The notes: generated by a model from the letters alone, not told the origin. Shown: positions 12,480-27,559, numbered from the stretch's first letter. The stretch: 64,000 nucleotides of DNA from Octopus sinensis (GCF_006345805.1 NC_043008.1:9114001-9178000); one strand, 5' to 3'. A program made the numbers and translations.

Positions 12480-13085
12480 GTCCTCAGCCGCCTGGATTAC
12501 TGCTCACAGCTATGGTCACCTACTAGTGTGAAATTAACAGCGGACCTTGAAGCAATCCAGAGAAGATTCACAAAGAAGATCGTCTCTTTGCAACAGCTCA
12601 GCTACTGGGAAAGGTTGAAACAGCTAAAACTCTACTCCCTGGAGAGAAGACGGGAGAGGTATTCAGTAATATATATCTGGAAGATCCTGGAAGGAATTGT
12701 GCCAAATTTTGGCATTGAAAGCTACACCAATGCCAGAACAGACGACACTGCTTAGTGCCAAAGATCCCAGCAATGCCATCGCACTTCAGGAACAGTTACA
12801 GCAACAGCCTGGGCTTCAAGGGCCCACAGCTTTTTAATATTCTCCCGAAGAGTCTGAGGAACTTGCACAAAGTAGATGTAGGGGTTTTTAACTCAAAGCT
12901 GGACCTCTTCCTGTCGAGAGTCCCAGATGAACCTACCTCACGGCAAGAGGTGCAAATGAGGGTAGCTATATCTTCATCAAGTACCACATATTAGATTAGA
13001 GGAGGCTCTTAGTAATAACAGTGTAGCAAAACGGCAGTGCATTAGCATGGCCACAGCTCTGAGCTGAAACTAGAGAAAAAAAAAT
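12480..13085 (+). mobile_element. 5'-truncated LINE (CR1/L2/Jockey-group RT C-terminus plus 3' tail)
   Basis: LSRLDYCSQLWSP..LEAIQRRFTKKI..LSYWERLKQLKLYSLERRRERY..IWKIL; frameshift; then GPQLFNILP..FNSKLDLFL; ends in an A-rich tail. Confidence 0.85.
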
Positions 13086-14117
13086 CTCGGCTTTACACAG
13101 CCCACTGACTCTACTCTACATTCTCTGGACATGTCCATTTATATTGTGGCACAGTCCATTAGGAGCCAACCAAATAGGGGTGTTCTGCTTCCATAAATCA
13201 GAGAAAAAAAATATTGAATAGATTTCAGAGTGGATAATATAGAGTTGGCATGTTTCAATGAATAAAAGTTATTTTAACCATCGTGTTCACATTCTTTGTT
13301 TGAAACATTTCTCTGATATTGCTTATGTCTCAGTCAAAAACTTATATCATTTCATGTGATAATCTATACATTTTGTTTTTTGCAATAATCTATATTATTT
13401 AATGCTATGAATAATCTATATTATTTAATGTTACAATCTATATTATACAATACTAAAAAATATCATTTTGATAGAAGTGGTAAGATAAAGTCTTGTTTAG
13501 ATAATGCAGAACTGTGAAGAATTGGAATATGTTGTACTGCATGTCCGTCCAGCTTGGGGGAGCATAGAGATCACAAGCATCACAATCACAATTAGTTGGT
13601 GGTGGTGGTGGTGGTGGTGGTGGTGGTTGCTGTTGCTGTTGAGCGAACGGTCTTCATCCCAGAGCTCGCAAGATGGGAGAAGTCCGAAACGTGGTCCTTT
13701 GCTATTCGTAAAACCTGCAGAAGTCTGTCTAAGGTGTCACCTTTACCTTTGTAACAGTTATTCTTTTCTTTTATTCTTTTACTTGTTTCAGTCATTTGAC
13801 TGCGACCATGCTGGAGCACCGCCTTTAGTCAAGCAAATCAACCCCAGTCCTGGGGTTGATTTATAAGCATAGTACTTATTCTGTTGGTTTCTTTTGCCGA
13901 ACCACTAAGTTACGGCGACATAAACACACCAGCATCGGTTGTCAAGGATTGAAAATTAAAAACTAAATTAGATGGTAAATGTTTTTAATTTTCAATCCTT
14001 TCGAGAATTTATCCATAATTAGTGGTTTGAGTTTTCTACTGCTCTTTCTAGCACAAGGCTTTCCTATTTGGAAGCCTCTTAATGTGTTCTAATGTACACG
14101 ATCTTTATATATATATA

Positions 14118-14530
14118 AAGGCGCAGGAGTGGCTGGGTGGTAAGTAGCTTGCTTACCAACCACATGGTTCCAGGTTCAGTCCCACTGCGTGGTACCTTGG
14201 GCAAGTGTCTCCTACTATAGCCTCGGGCCGACCAAAGCCTTGTGAGTGGATTTGGTAGACAGAAACTGAAAGAAGCCCATCGTATATATATGTATATATA
14301 TATGTGTGTGTGCGTGTATGTTTGTGTGTCTGTATTTGTCCCCCTAGCATTGCTTGACAACCGATGCTGGTGTGTTTACGTCCCCGTCACTTAGCGGTTC
14401 GGCAAAAGAGACCGATAGAATAAGTACTGGGCTTACAAAGAATAAGTCCTGGGGTCGAGTTGCTCGATTAAAGGCGGTGCTCCAGCATGGCTGCAGTCAA
14501 ATGACTGAAACAAGTAAAAGAGTAAAAGAG
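14118..14530 (+). mobile_element. SINE family A, full length
   Basis: Near-identical to 1691-2112. Confidence 0.85.
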
Positions 14531-15571
14531 TATATATATATGAAGCCGCATGGCTTAGTGGTTAGGATAGCCTTCCAAATACTAACCATTTTACAGAGTG
14601 TACTGAGTGATTTTCATGTGACACCAGCAACAGCAATTCAGGAAGGAATAGTAAGAATGAGAATATATACCAGCAGAAGGAAATTTGAACCTCCTTCAAT
14701 CACAGTCGGAGGAAATCATAAGTCTGAGCTTTGAGTTTTGCCACTAATAATTATACTCACTGAAATCATTTTGAAAATATTTATCTCTTTAAATTACAGA
14801 GGAAGAAAAACTTTGCGCAACATAATTAAAAAAAAAAAGCTAGTGTGTGCTTTAGGAAGTCATTTAACTTGAAACGAAGCGAGAGATGTAGAGTTGTAGG
14901 CAGTGAGGAGGGATAGATAGATGGAGAGAGAGAGATAAGAAGGAATGAGAGAGTGAAGAAGAGAGAGAGAGAGGAAGAAAATGAAATGTGGAATAGGATG
15001 AAAGGAAGAAATAAAAATATATAAAAATATCTAAGACATATATCTATGATTTAGCCAGAAAACAAGAAACGTAATTACTTACCAACGTTTCCTGTTGCTT
15101 AGATATTCGAATATTTATAGAATTCTTACAGTAGATAATCACAAGAGAAATTCTCATGGTGAATAGCAAGAAAGCTTGTCTTTTTGTACCCCGTGCCCTT
15201 ACCATTTCGATGTTTCTGTGACTAGATTAAATATGTACATTGGTTCTTTGAATGTGAGTGAGAGTGAGGATGTCTACAGACAATCTCAAGGAATTCTAAA
15301 ACTTAAGAGGATATTGAAGGACAATGTTTAAATCTGGTTCCAAAGGATTAAGCGAATAAGGTAAATAACCCCCACCCCCTGCACAAGATGCTGGTTCAGC
15401 TAAGGTTTCAATACCAGATATTATTGTACTTTATTCAGAGTTAGCACTTCTTAAAAGGAGTAACAACATGTTTTTGTTTTGTAGAGGGTGTATGTCTCTT
15501 CAACACATTCCATCTTTTTTGGCTATGATTTTACAGACAGATGTGCATGCATGAATGTGATTTTATATATA

Positions 15572-15634
<63 letters not shown>

Positions 15635-15738
15635 CAAATTAGAGACAAAACCACTATTATGCAAATCAAACAAAGAAAGACTTAAGCGAATACATAAAAT
15701 AATTTATATAAATTAAAATTTAACATATGAATAACCAC

Positions 15739-15781
15739 TACGATCGTTTCGTGTCAGCACATCTTAGACATTCTTCAGGTA
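15739..15781 (-). ncRNA. Minimal hammerhead-like motif (Penelope pLTR type)
   Basis: Minus strand: tac-CTGAAGA-atgtc...gacac-GAAA-cgaTC-gta. Confidence 0.45.
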
Positions 15782-15821
15782 AATTTTCCTTGTAAATTTG
15801 GATTTATTCCCTAATATTTAT

Positions 15822-15863
<42 letters not shown>

Positions 15864-16329
15864 AGAGAGAGAGAGACAGAGACAGACAGACAGACAGACA
15901 GACAAAGATTTATTACACACTTATATCACTTGTCTCCAAAACAAAATGTTTTTTTTTTCTTGAAGAGGTCACCATTCCTAAACCCATTTCAATACAATGG
16001 TAAATAACTAAATAAATAAATGAATGGTGAATAAGAAGGGGATCACCCTCCTCCTCTCTTTCCGTTTCTCTACCCACCAACCTACCTACCTACCTATCTT
16101 TCTATCTATCTATCTCCATTGTCATGGAACCTCACCCCACCAAAAAATGAAAACAATGTCCTCCCCTTCTAAACAAAACCCAAACCCAAAACAACATTTG
16201 TTTTATATAAATAAACAAGCTATTTGTACATTCACACAATTCTATTTGACAAGTTCGGGGAAACAAACGCTAATAATAATGAATAAATAAAAAGATTTTT
16301 TTCTCCAAAATTCTGGTGACCTTTTTTCT

Positions 16330-16363
<34 letters not shown>

Positions 16364-16479
16364 AATATAGGATAAAAATTTTTCAAAAGAAAATTTATCA
16401 ATGGCCAGCATATCAAAAAATACCTTTAAAGGTTAAATTTATAAACAAGGGCAAAAGAAACAAATTTCTATATAAGTTG

Positions 16480-16541
<62 letters not shown>

Positions 16542-16546
16542 TATTA

Positions 16547-16578
<32 letters not shown>

Positions 16579-16579
16579 C

Positions 16580-16674
<95 letters not shown>

Positions 16675-16675
16675 G

Positions 16676-16743
<68 letters not shown>

Positions 16744-17214
16744 GTAACAAATAGGTTCATGACACTTTTCCACTGACGTAGACTGGATGGTTCAACATGA
16801 CCTAACACACCAGCAGGAGATGCTGAGCTCCAGAATCTGCTTTGGCTTGGTGCCTACAACTGGATGTTCTTCCTAGTGTCAACCACCTCAAAGAATGCAC
16901 TGGGTGCGTCTTTTTGATTTTTGTTTTTTTCTCATGGTATCACCACTGATGAAATTAGAAATGTACCCACAAGACAATATCCCCTCAAATGCATGTATCT
17001 TGCGAACAAGGTGAATCTGTCTATATGATGATACACACACACGCATACACACACATGCACACACATATACACAGCATACACATACATTCACACACACAAA
17101 CATACACATATATACAGCATACATTCACACAGACACACATATATTCACACACACACACACATACATATATACACAATAGGCTTCTTTCAGTTTCCATCTA
17201 CCAAATCCACTCAC

Positions 17215-17655
17215 AAAGCAAGTGAAATCACTGTCATGGCTGATGACAGTACCACCTGAATGGCACCCATGCCAGTGGAACACTAAAGGCACCATTTGAG
17301 CATGATCGTTGCCAGAGCTGCTGACTGGCTCCCGTACCGGTGGCATGTAAAAGAGCACCATTCAAGTGTGATTGTTGCCAGTGCTGGCAGACTGGCTCCT
17401 GTGCAGGTGGCATGTAAAAAGCACCATTTGAGCATGGCCGATGCCAGTACTGCCTGACCGGCCCTCATACCGGTGGCACGTAAAAGCAACCACTACACTC
17501 TCGGAGTGGTTGGCATTAGGAAGGACATCCAGCTGTAGAAACTTTATCAGATCAGATTGGAGCCTGGTTCAGCCTTCTGGTTCACCAGCTCTCAGTCAAA
17601 CCGTCCAACCCATGCCAGCATGGAAAGCAGACATAAAACAATGATGATGATGATA
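17215..17655 (+). mobile_element. Family B copy with internal ~58-bp subrepeats
   Basis: Repeated ggtggcatgtaaaagcaccatt modules, then the conserved 3' region and (GAT)n. Confidence 0.8.
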
Positions 17656-19435
17656 TATACAGATCTTACTAATCTAGTTATTACCACAGGTACATTGTTT
17701 ACTGCAGGTGTAGTTCAAATCCTGCAAGTGATAATACACTATTTAGCAAGACACCGGTAGAGCTGTGTGGCTTAAGAAGTTCACTGTGCAGCTCCATACT
17801 TTTGGATTTATTGTATTAACTTACTCATTAGAGATTTATTTGTTAATCTAATTAAAGATTACATTTAAATTTTTGTTAAGTTTGTTTTGATATGTATATT
17901 TAATGATTTTGTGTTTGCAAATGTTGATTCAGACAAATTAGAAGATATTTTAAAGATGTCTGTGAGTGGATTTAAGTGTTAAATTAATTAAGGTTGTATC
18001 TATTGCAAATGCTATTTCATGGTTGAACGCTGTTGCTGTGAACCTCTGAAAGTAAGTATTAAACTAATTCAAGCTTTTCGTTTATTTAAATGGGAGCATG
18101 TTTTTGAACTACCGTTCTTTCAGCATATGTGTATGTATGTATGTATGTGTGTGTGTGTGTGTGTGTAGGTAGTGTGGTGAGAATATTTGATTACACCAGT
18201 ATCAGGAAAAGAGTCACCAAGTAATTTTTATAAAGTGACTGGCATTTTGTAGAATGTCCAGCCATAGAAACCAAGCCAAAGCTGAAATATATGGGCAAAA
18301 TGTGATCCTGTAGCCAATGGTTTCAGTCATACCATCCAAAACATACTAGTGGACATAGAATGATATAAAGCATGATAAATGTGTGTGTGTGTGTGCAGAG
18401 ACATGGACAAACAGTCATAGATGCATGGATATATTTACAAAGTTGTTACATAAAATAACTTAATATAACAAGTCTTTACAGCTGTTTCGATGTAGCCTGT
18501 GAATAGTGGATATTACATAATACGTATTATGCAATTAGATGCAAACATTACAAAACAAAATTTGCACGAAAGCATACAATGAGACATAACAAATACACAT
18601 GAGCTATGATGTGTAAGTATCTTCGTTCATTTGTTCAGTGCATCATCTTCAAAAGGATGGGTAGCAAATGTAGAAGAAAGGAATATTTCCAAGAAATCTA
18701 TCAACACAAAGAAGGGGATGCTAGACAAAAAAGACCCCTTACTGCATTTAAAAGAAACGCAGTCACTTATCAACAATCTCAATATGGTCAGGTGTCTGGC
18801 ATTGATTGAGAGAGAGGAAGCAGCATACATGAAGAAGGAACGCTATCACTGACAGAAGTGAACATTGTATTTATTTATAACAATAACAGCGGAATCTAAG
18901 AGTGTAAAGAGAGATGCAACAGAAAATGAATGAAGAAATAAAAATTTCTGAACAATGGTGAGTCTAAAAGAATAGATTAAAAGACAATGAGGAATTACAA
19001 ATAAACATATGTACAAAAGATGTACGAATATAAAAATGAAAGTGCTGAGCAGAGAGTATATGCCAACCAGTGTATATGTGAAAGCTAAACGAATGAAGCT
19101 ATTAGTGTGGGAGTTTCACACACACAGACACACACACAGACACATACACACACATATGTATATTTTATATATGATTGTTATCTCGTTTTTGTATTTGGTT
19201 TGCAAGATTCTTGATGTGAAATTGTGTGTTGGAAAAACTTTTGTGTGTTTTCATGTGTTCATGAGGCTGAATCAGTTCTCTGTATGTGTATGTTCATGTC
19301 TGCTTGTGAACATGCGAGTGTTTTCTTATTTGAGTGTATCTTTGCATGTGTGTGTGTGTGTATCTGGTGTCTTTTATACACATATATGCTTGTGTGTGTG
19401 TGCATTCTTGTCTATTCTTGTGTGCGTGTGTATGC

Positions 19436-19477
<42 letters not shown>

Positions 19478-20722
19478 ATGTGTGTGTGCATGTGCGTGTA
19501 TCCAGAGTTTTTTTAATACGCAAGTATGTGTTTATGTACCTGTGTATGTGAGTGTACACGTGTGTGTGTACGCATGTGTGTGTGTCTGTGTTCCTGCGTC
19601 CAAGTGTGTACATGCTTGTCTGCATGTATGCCTGTTCATGTATGTGTGTATGTACATGTGCCTGTGCATGTCTGTATGTGTGCATGTCTACGTATTGTGT
19701 GTGTGTGTGGTTGTAAATTCTTATGTTCCTCTCTGTGTACATTTATGTGTGCATATGCATGCATGTTCATCTGTACATGTTCATACATGTGTATGGATGT
19801 GAAATAAATGCAAAAATAGGATTGTACATGTTTACATGTATAATTTGTATGAGCCTTCTGGGGTCATTCTAATCCTATCTTCCACCCTTTACAACTGCCT
19901 ACCTATTTCTTTACTACCCACAATTCGGTAAAGGTAATGTCATGCTTTTGAGGACATTTTCTGATATTTTTGTAAGTGATGGCTCCCTTGGATATTTGGA
20001 CAAACTATGGCTGTCAATTCAGCTGAGCGTGCTGCCATGCTGATCTTTGACATGCTGACAGAATATGGCCGACTATTTCTTGTCATCAAAATTTCCACCA
20101 GTGTTCATTTGGCCTCTCCGTTGCAGGCCATGGAGTGAATAAGGACAATAAAAGAATTTTGATGGACAGACAAATGATTGATTGACCGTTTAATCAACAC
20201 ATTAAACAAATAATCAATAAGTTAGTTATTCTCTCTTTTTACTGTTTCACTTGTTTCAGTCATTTGACTGTGGCCATGCTGGAGCACCACATTTGGTCGA
20301 GCAAATCGACCCCAGGACTTATTCTTTCAGTCTCTTTTGCTGAACCGCTAAGTTACACACCAGCATCAGAGGGAACAAACACAGACACACAAACACACAC
20401 ACACATATAAATACACCAGGCTTCTTTCAGTTTTTGTCTACCAAATCCACTCAAGAGCATTTGGTCAGCCCGAGGCTATAGTAGAAGACATTTGCCCAAG
20501 GTGCGATGCAGTGGGACTGAACCCGGAACCATGTGGTTGATAAGCAAGCTACTTACCACATAGCCACTCCTACGACTATTTAGACATTTAGTTATTTAGA
20601 TATTTAACCAATTGGCTAAAGGAGAGGAATTGAACCTCTGTGTGTGTGTTGTGTTATAATTGTTGGTGTTATGACACTCCCAAGACACAACAAAAAATTA
20701 TTTTTATTTTTTTTCCATTTAC

Positions 20723-20889
20723 CTGAGGATAAGAGAAAACTTGGTTTTCTGTCCTTCTACACAGAGAATGTCAACACGCTGTAAAGCATGAATGATGATC
20801 TCCCATATCTGAATGGGCTGTGACTGGAATCGGTCCGCATAAATGGCAACAAAGAATTTCTTCACTTGTGGTGACACACCAGTTGATAC
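20723..20889 (-). CDS. NPHP4: Nephrocystin-4 internal exon (167 nt)
   Basis: tttcag|VSTGVSPQVKKFFVAIYADRFQSQPIQIWEIIIHALQRVDILCVEGQKTKFSLILR|gtaaat; resembles NPHP4 VASGPSPEIKDFF...LHSLQRVDVSCVAGQ; phase 0 to 2. Confidence 0.93.
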
Positions 20890-20985
20890 CTGAAACATTG
20901 AGGAAATTCATTAATTTACATAATAATAATAATAATTATTATTATAATAATTAATAATAATAACGATAATAATAATAATAATAAT

Positions 20986-21041
<56 letters not shown>

Positions 21042-21070
21042 TAGTAGTACTGGTGGTGGTTGTGGTGGTG

Positions 21071-21112
<42 letters not shown>

Positions 21113-22381
21113 ACAATGGTAAATAGATTAATGTTCCTCGTGTGTTTTCCATTATTTTTGTTCTTCATTTTTCTTGTCTTATTTTGAATTCGAAGAAGAC
21201 AGACATACCGTTGAAACAGTGTTCATTAAACACTATTTCAATCTCTGTTATCTTTTTTTTTATTATATATCACACTTTCATAATCACGTATACACCTTTG
21301 TTGTTAAGTCAATCTTCATAAATTATCAAAGACAAGGAGATTGAGCACATGATTGATGCTATGTCGCAAGAACTGGAATGTTTTGTTCTAGCAGTTGCCG
21401 GAACCATCAGGTATTCTAGGGAAAATCATAATATAAATTACAGCTTTTGCAGTTTGGCTCCTTTTCGCGGTTGGCTTGTCAGCCCTGTTAGTTTCACTGA
21501 ACGCCTGTTTTAAGCCCGGTCCTGGGCCAGAGAACATTGTTTCGTTCAATTGCAAAGCATAAAGTGAGAAATCGGCTTTTCTATCAGTTAAACAACTCAA
21601 TCGTTTTCATGCAAAATCCAAGAGCCATTTATCATTTCTGGATACATGCAGATGCCAACAGATTACACCTGAAGGTCTCAGATCAAATATACCAATGTGT
21701 GTGCATCGCAGTTTGGTGATTCATTACTTCAAAAGTTTAAATTGATTGGTGAGAGTATTTCATTTCACAGAATGGATGTTATTATTCAACACTACAGTTC
21801 AAAGTTAGTATTACCAGGTGTGGACATTACACATGAGTTTGAACAGGTATGCTCTTCTGAAAATAGTCTGCTATTCGTGTGATTGTCTGAAGAATTTTGA
21901 AGATAAGGAAATTTCATCATGCAGGTAAAAACAAAAAAAAACCAGAAAATCCTGAAAAGTTTGAAAGTTTTCTATTCCACTGAGCTAAAGAATGCTGAAA
22001 TAATTTGGCTAAAAATATTTAATTTGTCAAAACGTTAAAGTCATTTTTGCTTTTGGGACAAATGTTATGCAAGCAATTTGTCAATGCCAGTTTGAAAATA
22101 ATAACACATAATTTTTCCCAAATTCCTGTACAAAATACCATTTTTTCACATACCAAATTTCTTGCATAGAGCCTACACCACACACACTGTTTATCCATCA
22201 CACACATACACAAAGGAAAATAAATAATAGTAATAATCACTTTATTTTCCCAACCAATTTCTTTGGAAATGTCTATATTTATGACAGTTTAACCTTACCT
22301 GCATTACTAGAACCAACCATGCAGTTAACAACACTCTAGTCAGCACAAACATAATCCCTCCAAGATCAAACAACTAGTCCC

Positions 22382-22534
22382 CAAATTGGCCCTTATGATT
22401 GTAGTCTTTTTACCCTTGCATATGCATTTGAAGTAGTCATTAGGAACTCTCCAGCAAAGTTTCTATTTGAACAATCCAAACTGTGAACCCATTTTAAATT
22501 TTGTCTTTAGAACAATAAATTTTCTTGCTTCCTG
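22382..22534 (+). pseudogene. Ulp1/C48 cysteine-protease-like relic, probably transposon-borne
   Basis: QIGPYDCSLFTLAYAFEV...FLFEQSKL*THFKFCL*NNKFSCF resembles the Q.G..DCGLFAIAFA...FDQS.MR.HL..CL pattern; contains in-frame stops. Confidence 0.5.
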
Positions 22535-22799
22535 AAAGTTAAGGTTTTTTTTTTCAAATACCAACAAAAACCAAAGACATTTAATTGCTCTCTACTGCCC
22601 ACCCAAAACTAGGTTACTCCTAAAAGGAAAATGGCTAAAATTGTCATCCAGCAGTTTTCATGCTTTAAGTGATAAAAATATCAAAAGATGATCCATGTCT
22701 AGAATTTTTTTCTGATTTGCAAAAGATGAGTTACTACAGGCGTTGTTCATCCTTTTGTTATTCCCAGCTCATTTAGTATTATTGCCATTATTTTTTCTT

Positions 22800-23360
22800 T
22801 GTTCTTCTCAAACAGTAACTGATTGTGTTTATAACTGAGTTTGTGGTTTAACTCTTAATGTCCTGTAGTGCAGATATCTGCACTTGTCCAGTAAATCTTG
22901 AAACTACAGTTGAAAAAGTGTTGTTGTTTGGAAGGCAATAATGTACATATGTCTGGGAAGTGAACAGTGTATGAGTCAGATACATGCTTGTGTGTGTATG
23001 GAGGGGAGAAAATCAGGTGTAGTGTTGGCGAATCTCAGGAAGCATGGAAGTTTTGAAGGATGCAGGGCTCCGACAACTAACAACTGATGCTGGCAGTTTG
23101 TTCCATGCTTCAGCAACTCTTAGCATGAAAACATGTTTCCGAAAGTCATGGGAGCTGTGCTGTTTTCTGATTTTGTAATCATGTCCAAGGGTGTTAGACA
23201 GGTGGAGCTTGAAAAGGTGCTCAGAGTTATTGTTTGTAAAATGGTTGATAATTTTATGGGTGTCTGCCAAGTCAGCTGCCAGATGTCGGAGTTTCAATGT
23301 ACCCATGCCCAGGGAAGTAAGGCATTCAGAATATGGTAAATGCCTGATGGAGTGTATTCT
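22800..23360 (-). mobile_element. 5'-truncated CR1-like LINE
   Basis: LPYSECL..LKLRHLAADL..THKII...NTLGHDYKI...FRKHVFMLRVAEAWNKLP..VV; the 3' UTR boundary is approximate. Confidence 0.8.
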
Positions 23361-23532
23361 CTACTTATGTATAAAATTAGTTCTTGAACATTGAATGGCT
23401 GAGGTTCACCAGAATAAAATTGAACTCAAAGGGATTCATATGTAAGAAAAAAAAATGGTTAAGAACTACTGGTTTAAAACGATGTTTAGAGAAACATTTT
23501 TCCTACTCCGGATAATGGGGTACAGCATTAAA

Positions 23533-23925
23533 TCTCTCTATTATATAAAGCTGAAGTTGTCTGTATATGGCAGGTTTGGTAGCCTTCAACTAACACTATC
23601 TCCTCCGAGACCCTGGGCGCAAGTTGACCAAAATTGATAGTAAGATAGAAGAAGGCTTGCTCTTCATTCCGTAGAAGAAAAAATTCAAATCATACCATGT
23701 TAACACCAAAAATTATTTACATCAAAAAGGTGCTTTTTTTCTATGAAAATCCCTACTTTTTTACAATATTTTGACTGCTGTGTCACCATTTTTCGGTGTA
23801 TTTCAACCAGAAAAATGTTCACTTAAAGAGAATAACAAGCTACATAATGCAAAATTTTTGCTTTTCAAAAATTCCAATTCTAAAGGGTCGAAACAAACCC
23901 AAGCAACGTCAGGCAATACTGCTAG
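23533..23925 (+). mobile_element. Non-autonomous Helitron
   Basis: A|TC 5' end (atctctctattatataaag), subterminal hairpin remnant cccaagcaacgtcagg and CTAG|T 3' end. Confidence 0.65.
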
Positions 23926-25632
23926 TATTCCAAATAGTTTGGTTGATAAAACAAAAAGAAATTCCATTTAATGATCTTGGTAGAAAATACCTAAATAGAA
24001 CTCTGTGAAACAGGACGATTCCCAGTAAAACACAATAAAACATTTCCAACACAGACACACGACTACACATTTGGGACTTAATCAATTAAATACCAGTTCT
24101 TCACTGGTATTTATATGATCAACATGTGTTAGAGGAATTTATATGTACTTCATAAGTACTTGTTAGATATTTTGGTTCAATGTCTGCTACAGTACTGTCT
24201 TTGATTTTATTAGAGAGACAGTTGCAGGCATCCAGATATTATTGATGTTCTGCAGTATCTAGGTTTATTTCTGGGCTGTTGTGAATATAAACTGGTGATT
24301 TATATTTTATTTTATATTTTCTTGGCTGTATTCTTTCTATTATTCTCCAGACCCACCACCATAAGTCTCTTATCATTTTTGATGTTGGTCCATTGCTTGT
24401 TTCTGTTTTGTTTTTATTCAGTTTTGTGATAAAAATCTCTGATTTGTAGATAAACAATTTATTTTGTTTCTAAAAGTATTAGTAATTTTCATATCTATGT
24501 CTCCTCCGGAAGGAAAGCAGGAAAGGAAGAAAGGCAAAGTTGACAATGCCAGAATTTAACTCAAAATATAAACAGATAGAACGAGAGATTTTTGACTGCT
24601 TTTTTTTAAATTTTTACAGTGTTTGACAACATACTGCAAGACATTTTGTCTGGAGCTCTACAATTTCAGCTAACAACAGCCTATAATAATGACGATAAGG
24701 ATGGTGGTGGTGGTGGTGGTGGTTTTGGTGGTTGTTGTTGTTGTTGTTGTTAAGCAACAAGACGGGTAAGGGTGATTAGGTGATGGCCTAGGGGTTAGGG
24801 GCGGGAGATCCCAGACATTGGAAAAAAAAAAAACTTTGGTCGGCTTGTAGTCGAGGACTCTTCGTTGACGCCCAACACCACTGGAAGGTGGCCCTCAAAG
24901 TCGCTGGAAATGGAGATCTCCAGGACCAAATTCTTGAATGGCAGTGGTGGTGGTGGGGTGGTGGTGGTGGTGGTGGTGGTGGAACTGACAGAAGAGGAAG
25001 GCCAAGGAAGATACGGGCAGGTGTGGAGAAAGCTGATTTTAGGGTGTCGAATCGCAGGACAAGAGAATGAAACTAGTGGTGAGATGCTGTATTGGATAGA
25101 ACCCATCCGTTCCATATGACCATGGAAAAATAGATGTAAGATGATGCTGATGTTGAGACAATTCTTGTGTAACATTCCAGAAGCACAATTACAAAGAAAA
25201 TTACGGACATCCCATCCATGCCATCATGTAATTAATCCAGTTGCAAAATCGGTATGACCTCTTACATTTCTAATTCCCATCTGTACCATTATTGTCATCC
25301 GGTATTGCTAAGTCAGATACTAATGAGTATTATCAGAGAAAATAATGCCAGCCTTACTTTGGGTTATCTTGCTGATAGTTAATCTTAGCCTAGGTTTCCT
25401 TAAAATTTTTGTCCAGTTATTTTCTAACCCTAATGGAGACCCATAGGCATGCCACATGACATTTATGCTGAAACTGGGTGGTTAGATATGCACAGAACAG
25501 TTTTATTAAGGTAACATTTTATCCCTGTTTAAATTTTGGTTGCCCTTGTTGTGAAACCTTGCAACCGCCACACAATGTTCCTATTCTAAAACCACAGTAA
25601 TATTATGCATCACCACATCCACCACCATTATT

Positions 25633-25668
<36 letters not shown>

Positions 25669-27559
25669 GTTTATAACATCCGCTTTCCATGCTGGCATGG
25701 GTTGGACGATTTGACTGAGGGCTGGCGAACCAGATGGCTGCACCAGGCTCCAATCTTGATCTGGCAGAGTTTCTACAGCTGGATGCCCTTCCTAACACCA
25801 ACCACTCCGAGAGTGTAATGGGTGCTTTTTACGTGCCACCGGCATGGAGGCCAGTCAGGCGGTACTGTCAATGACCTCGCTCAAATCTTTTTACACATGC
25901 CACCGGCACAGGTGCCAGTTAGGCGATGCTGGTAACGATCACGCTCGAATGGTGCCTTTTACATGCCACCGGCACGGAAACCAGTTAGCCGCTCTGGCAA
26001 CGATCACACTCGGATGGGGCTCTTGGCACCCTACTAACACGGGGCACAAGTGCCACTAAGGCGACATCACTTATTATTTCTTAATTAGACAAAAAACAAA
26101 AGAGAACCAGAAGAATTTGAGTACAACAGAGTACGATACATTATGAAGTGGTGGGGGGGGGATATAAGAGAGAGACAAGAGTACAAAAATGAATTTTGAA
26201 AAGTAATTGAAGTGCTAGAAACCCTTCATAGAAATAATTAATGAGAAACTAAGAACAATAAAAGTAATTGCTTGTTGGCTTATCTTTCGTTGTCTTAAAA
26301 CAGATATCACATCAAAACAGATATTAAAGTAGTTGATGATGATGATGATGATGATGCTGAAGTTGCAACATCAAACATCTTGGAAAAATAAATATATTCT
26401 GGAAAAGAGAAAACAAAAGAAATGATCTCCTAATCCTAAACGAAATTGAAAATACAAAAGCAATATTAAAAATGAAAAAAGAAAAAGGGGGCAACAGATT
26501 GTTCAATAATACAAAATAAACAAAAAAAAACAAATAAATAAATCCAGAAAGATAAAGGAATCCTTAAGCGAAAGATCCTTTCGTTTTTACTAGGGAGACA
26601 GAGATACGAAAATAGCAACACTTTGACAAACAAAATAAATAGTTAATCTCTAAGTGAGAGATATTATCATGAAGTTAAGTAAAAACAAAAAAATAAGAAC
26701 AAGGAAATTGCCTACAACAAAAGCGATAAGAGACTCCTGGTAGTAGATATGGGAATTAATTGAAACAACAATGTTATGACAATACGAAATAGAATATAAT
26801 CACCGGTTAAACTTTGAAAGACAACAGGCAAGGAATAAACCTAAATACTGCAGAGCACCAATAATAACTAAAATTCTGCAACTGTCACTGCGATAGAATC
26901 AAAGATAACTGCAAAATTTATGACTAAAATAAGTAACAAGAACTCATAATGTACTTACGAAGATGGCTACTAAAATATTACAATGAGCATAAAGGACTGG
27001 GTGGTTAAGAAGTACACGTTGTAACTATGTGGTTCCAGATTTGATCCTCCAAATCAAATAGTTATACAGAAACTGGTGCTTCCTGCACCAGTTTCACATA
27101 GCCCCAGCCCATCCAAAGTACCTTGGATTGCAGAACGACCTGCTGTGCTTACCTTGGATCGTAGGGTTACCTGCTGTGCTTGAGGAGACCTATTGAGTTA
27201 AGTACATCAACATCAAAATAAATAACAAATGGAAATTGTAGTTATGATACCTGTGCCAGTGGCACATAAAGAGTACCATGCGAACGTGACCGATGCCAGC
27301 GCCGCCTTGACTGGCTTGTGTGCCGGTGGCACATGACCTTCTGTGCTTGAGGAGACCTATTGAGTCAAGTACATCAACATCAAAATAAATAACAAATGGA
27401 AATTGTAGTTATGATACCTGTGCCGGTGGCATGTAAAAAGCACCATCCGAATGTGGTCGACGCCAGCGCTGCCTTGACTGGCTTCTGTGCCGGTGGCATG
27501 TAAAAAGCACCAACCGATCATGGCCGCTACCAGCCTCCCCTGGCACCTGTAAAAAGTGA

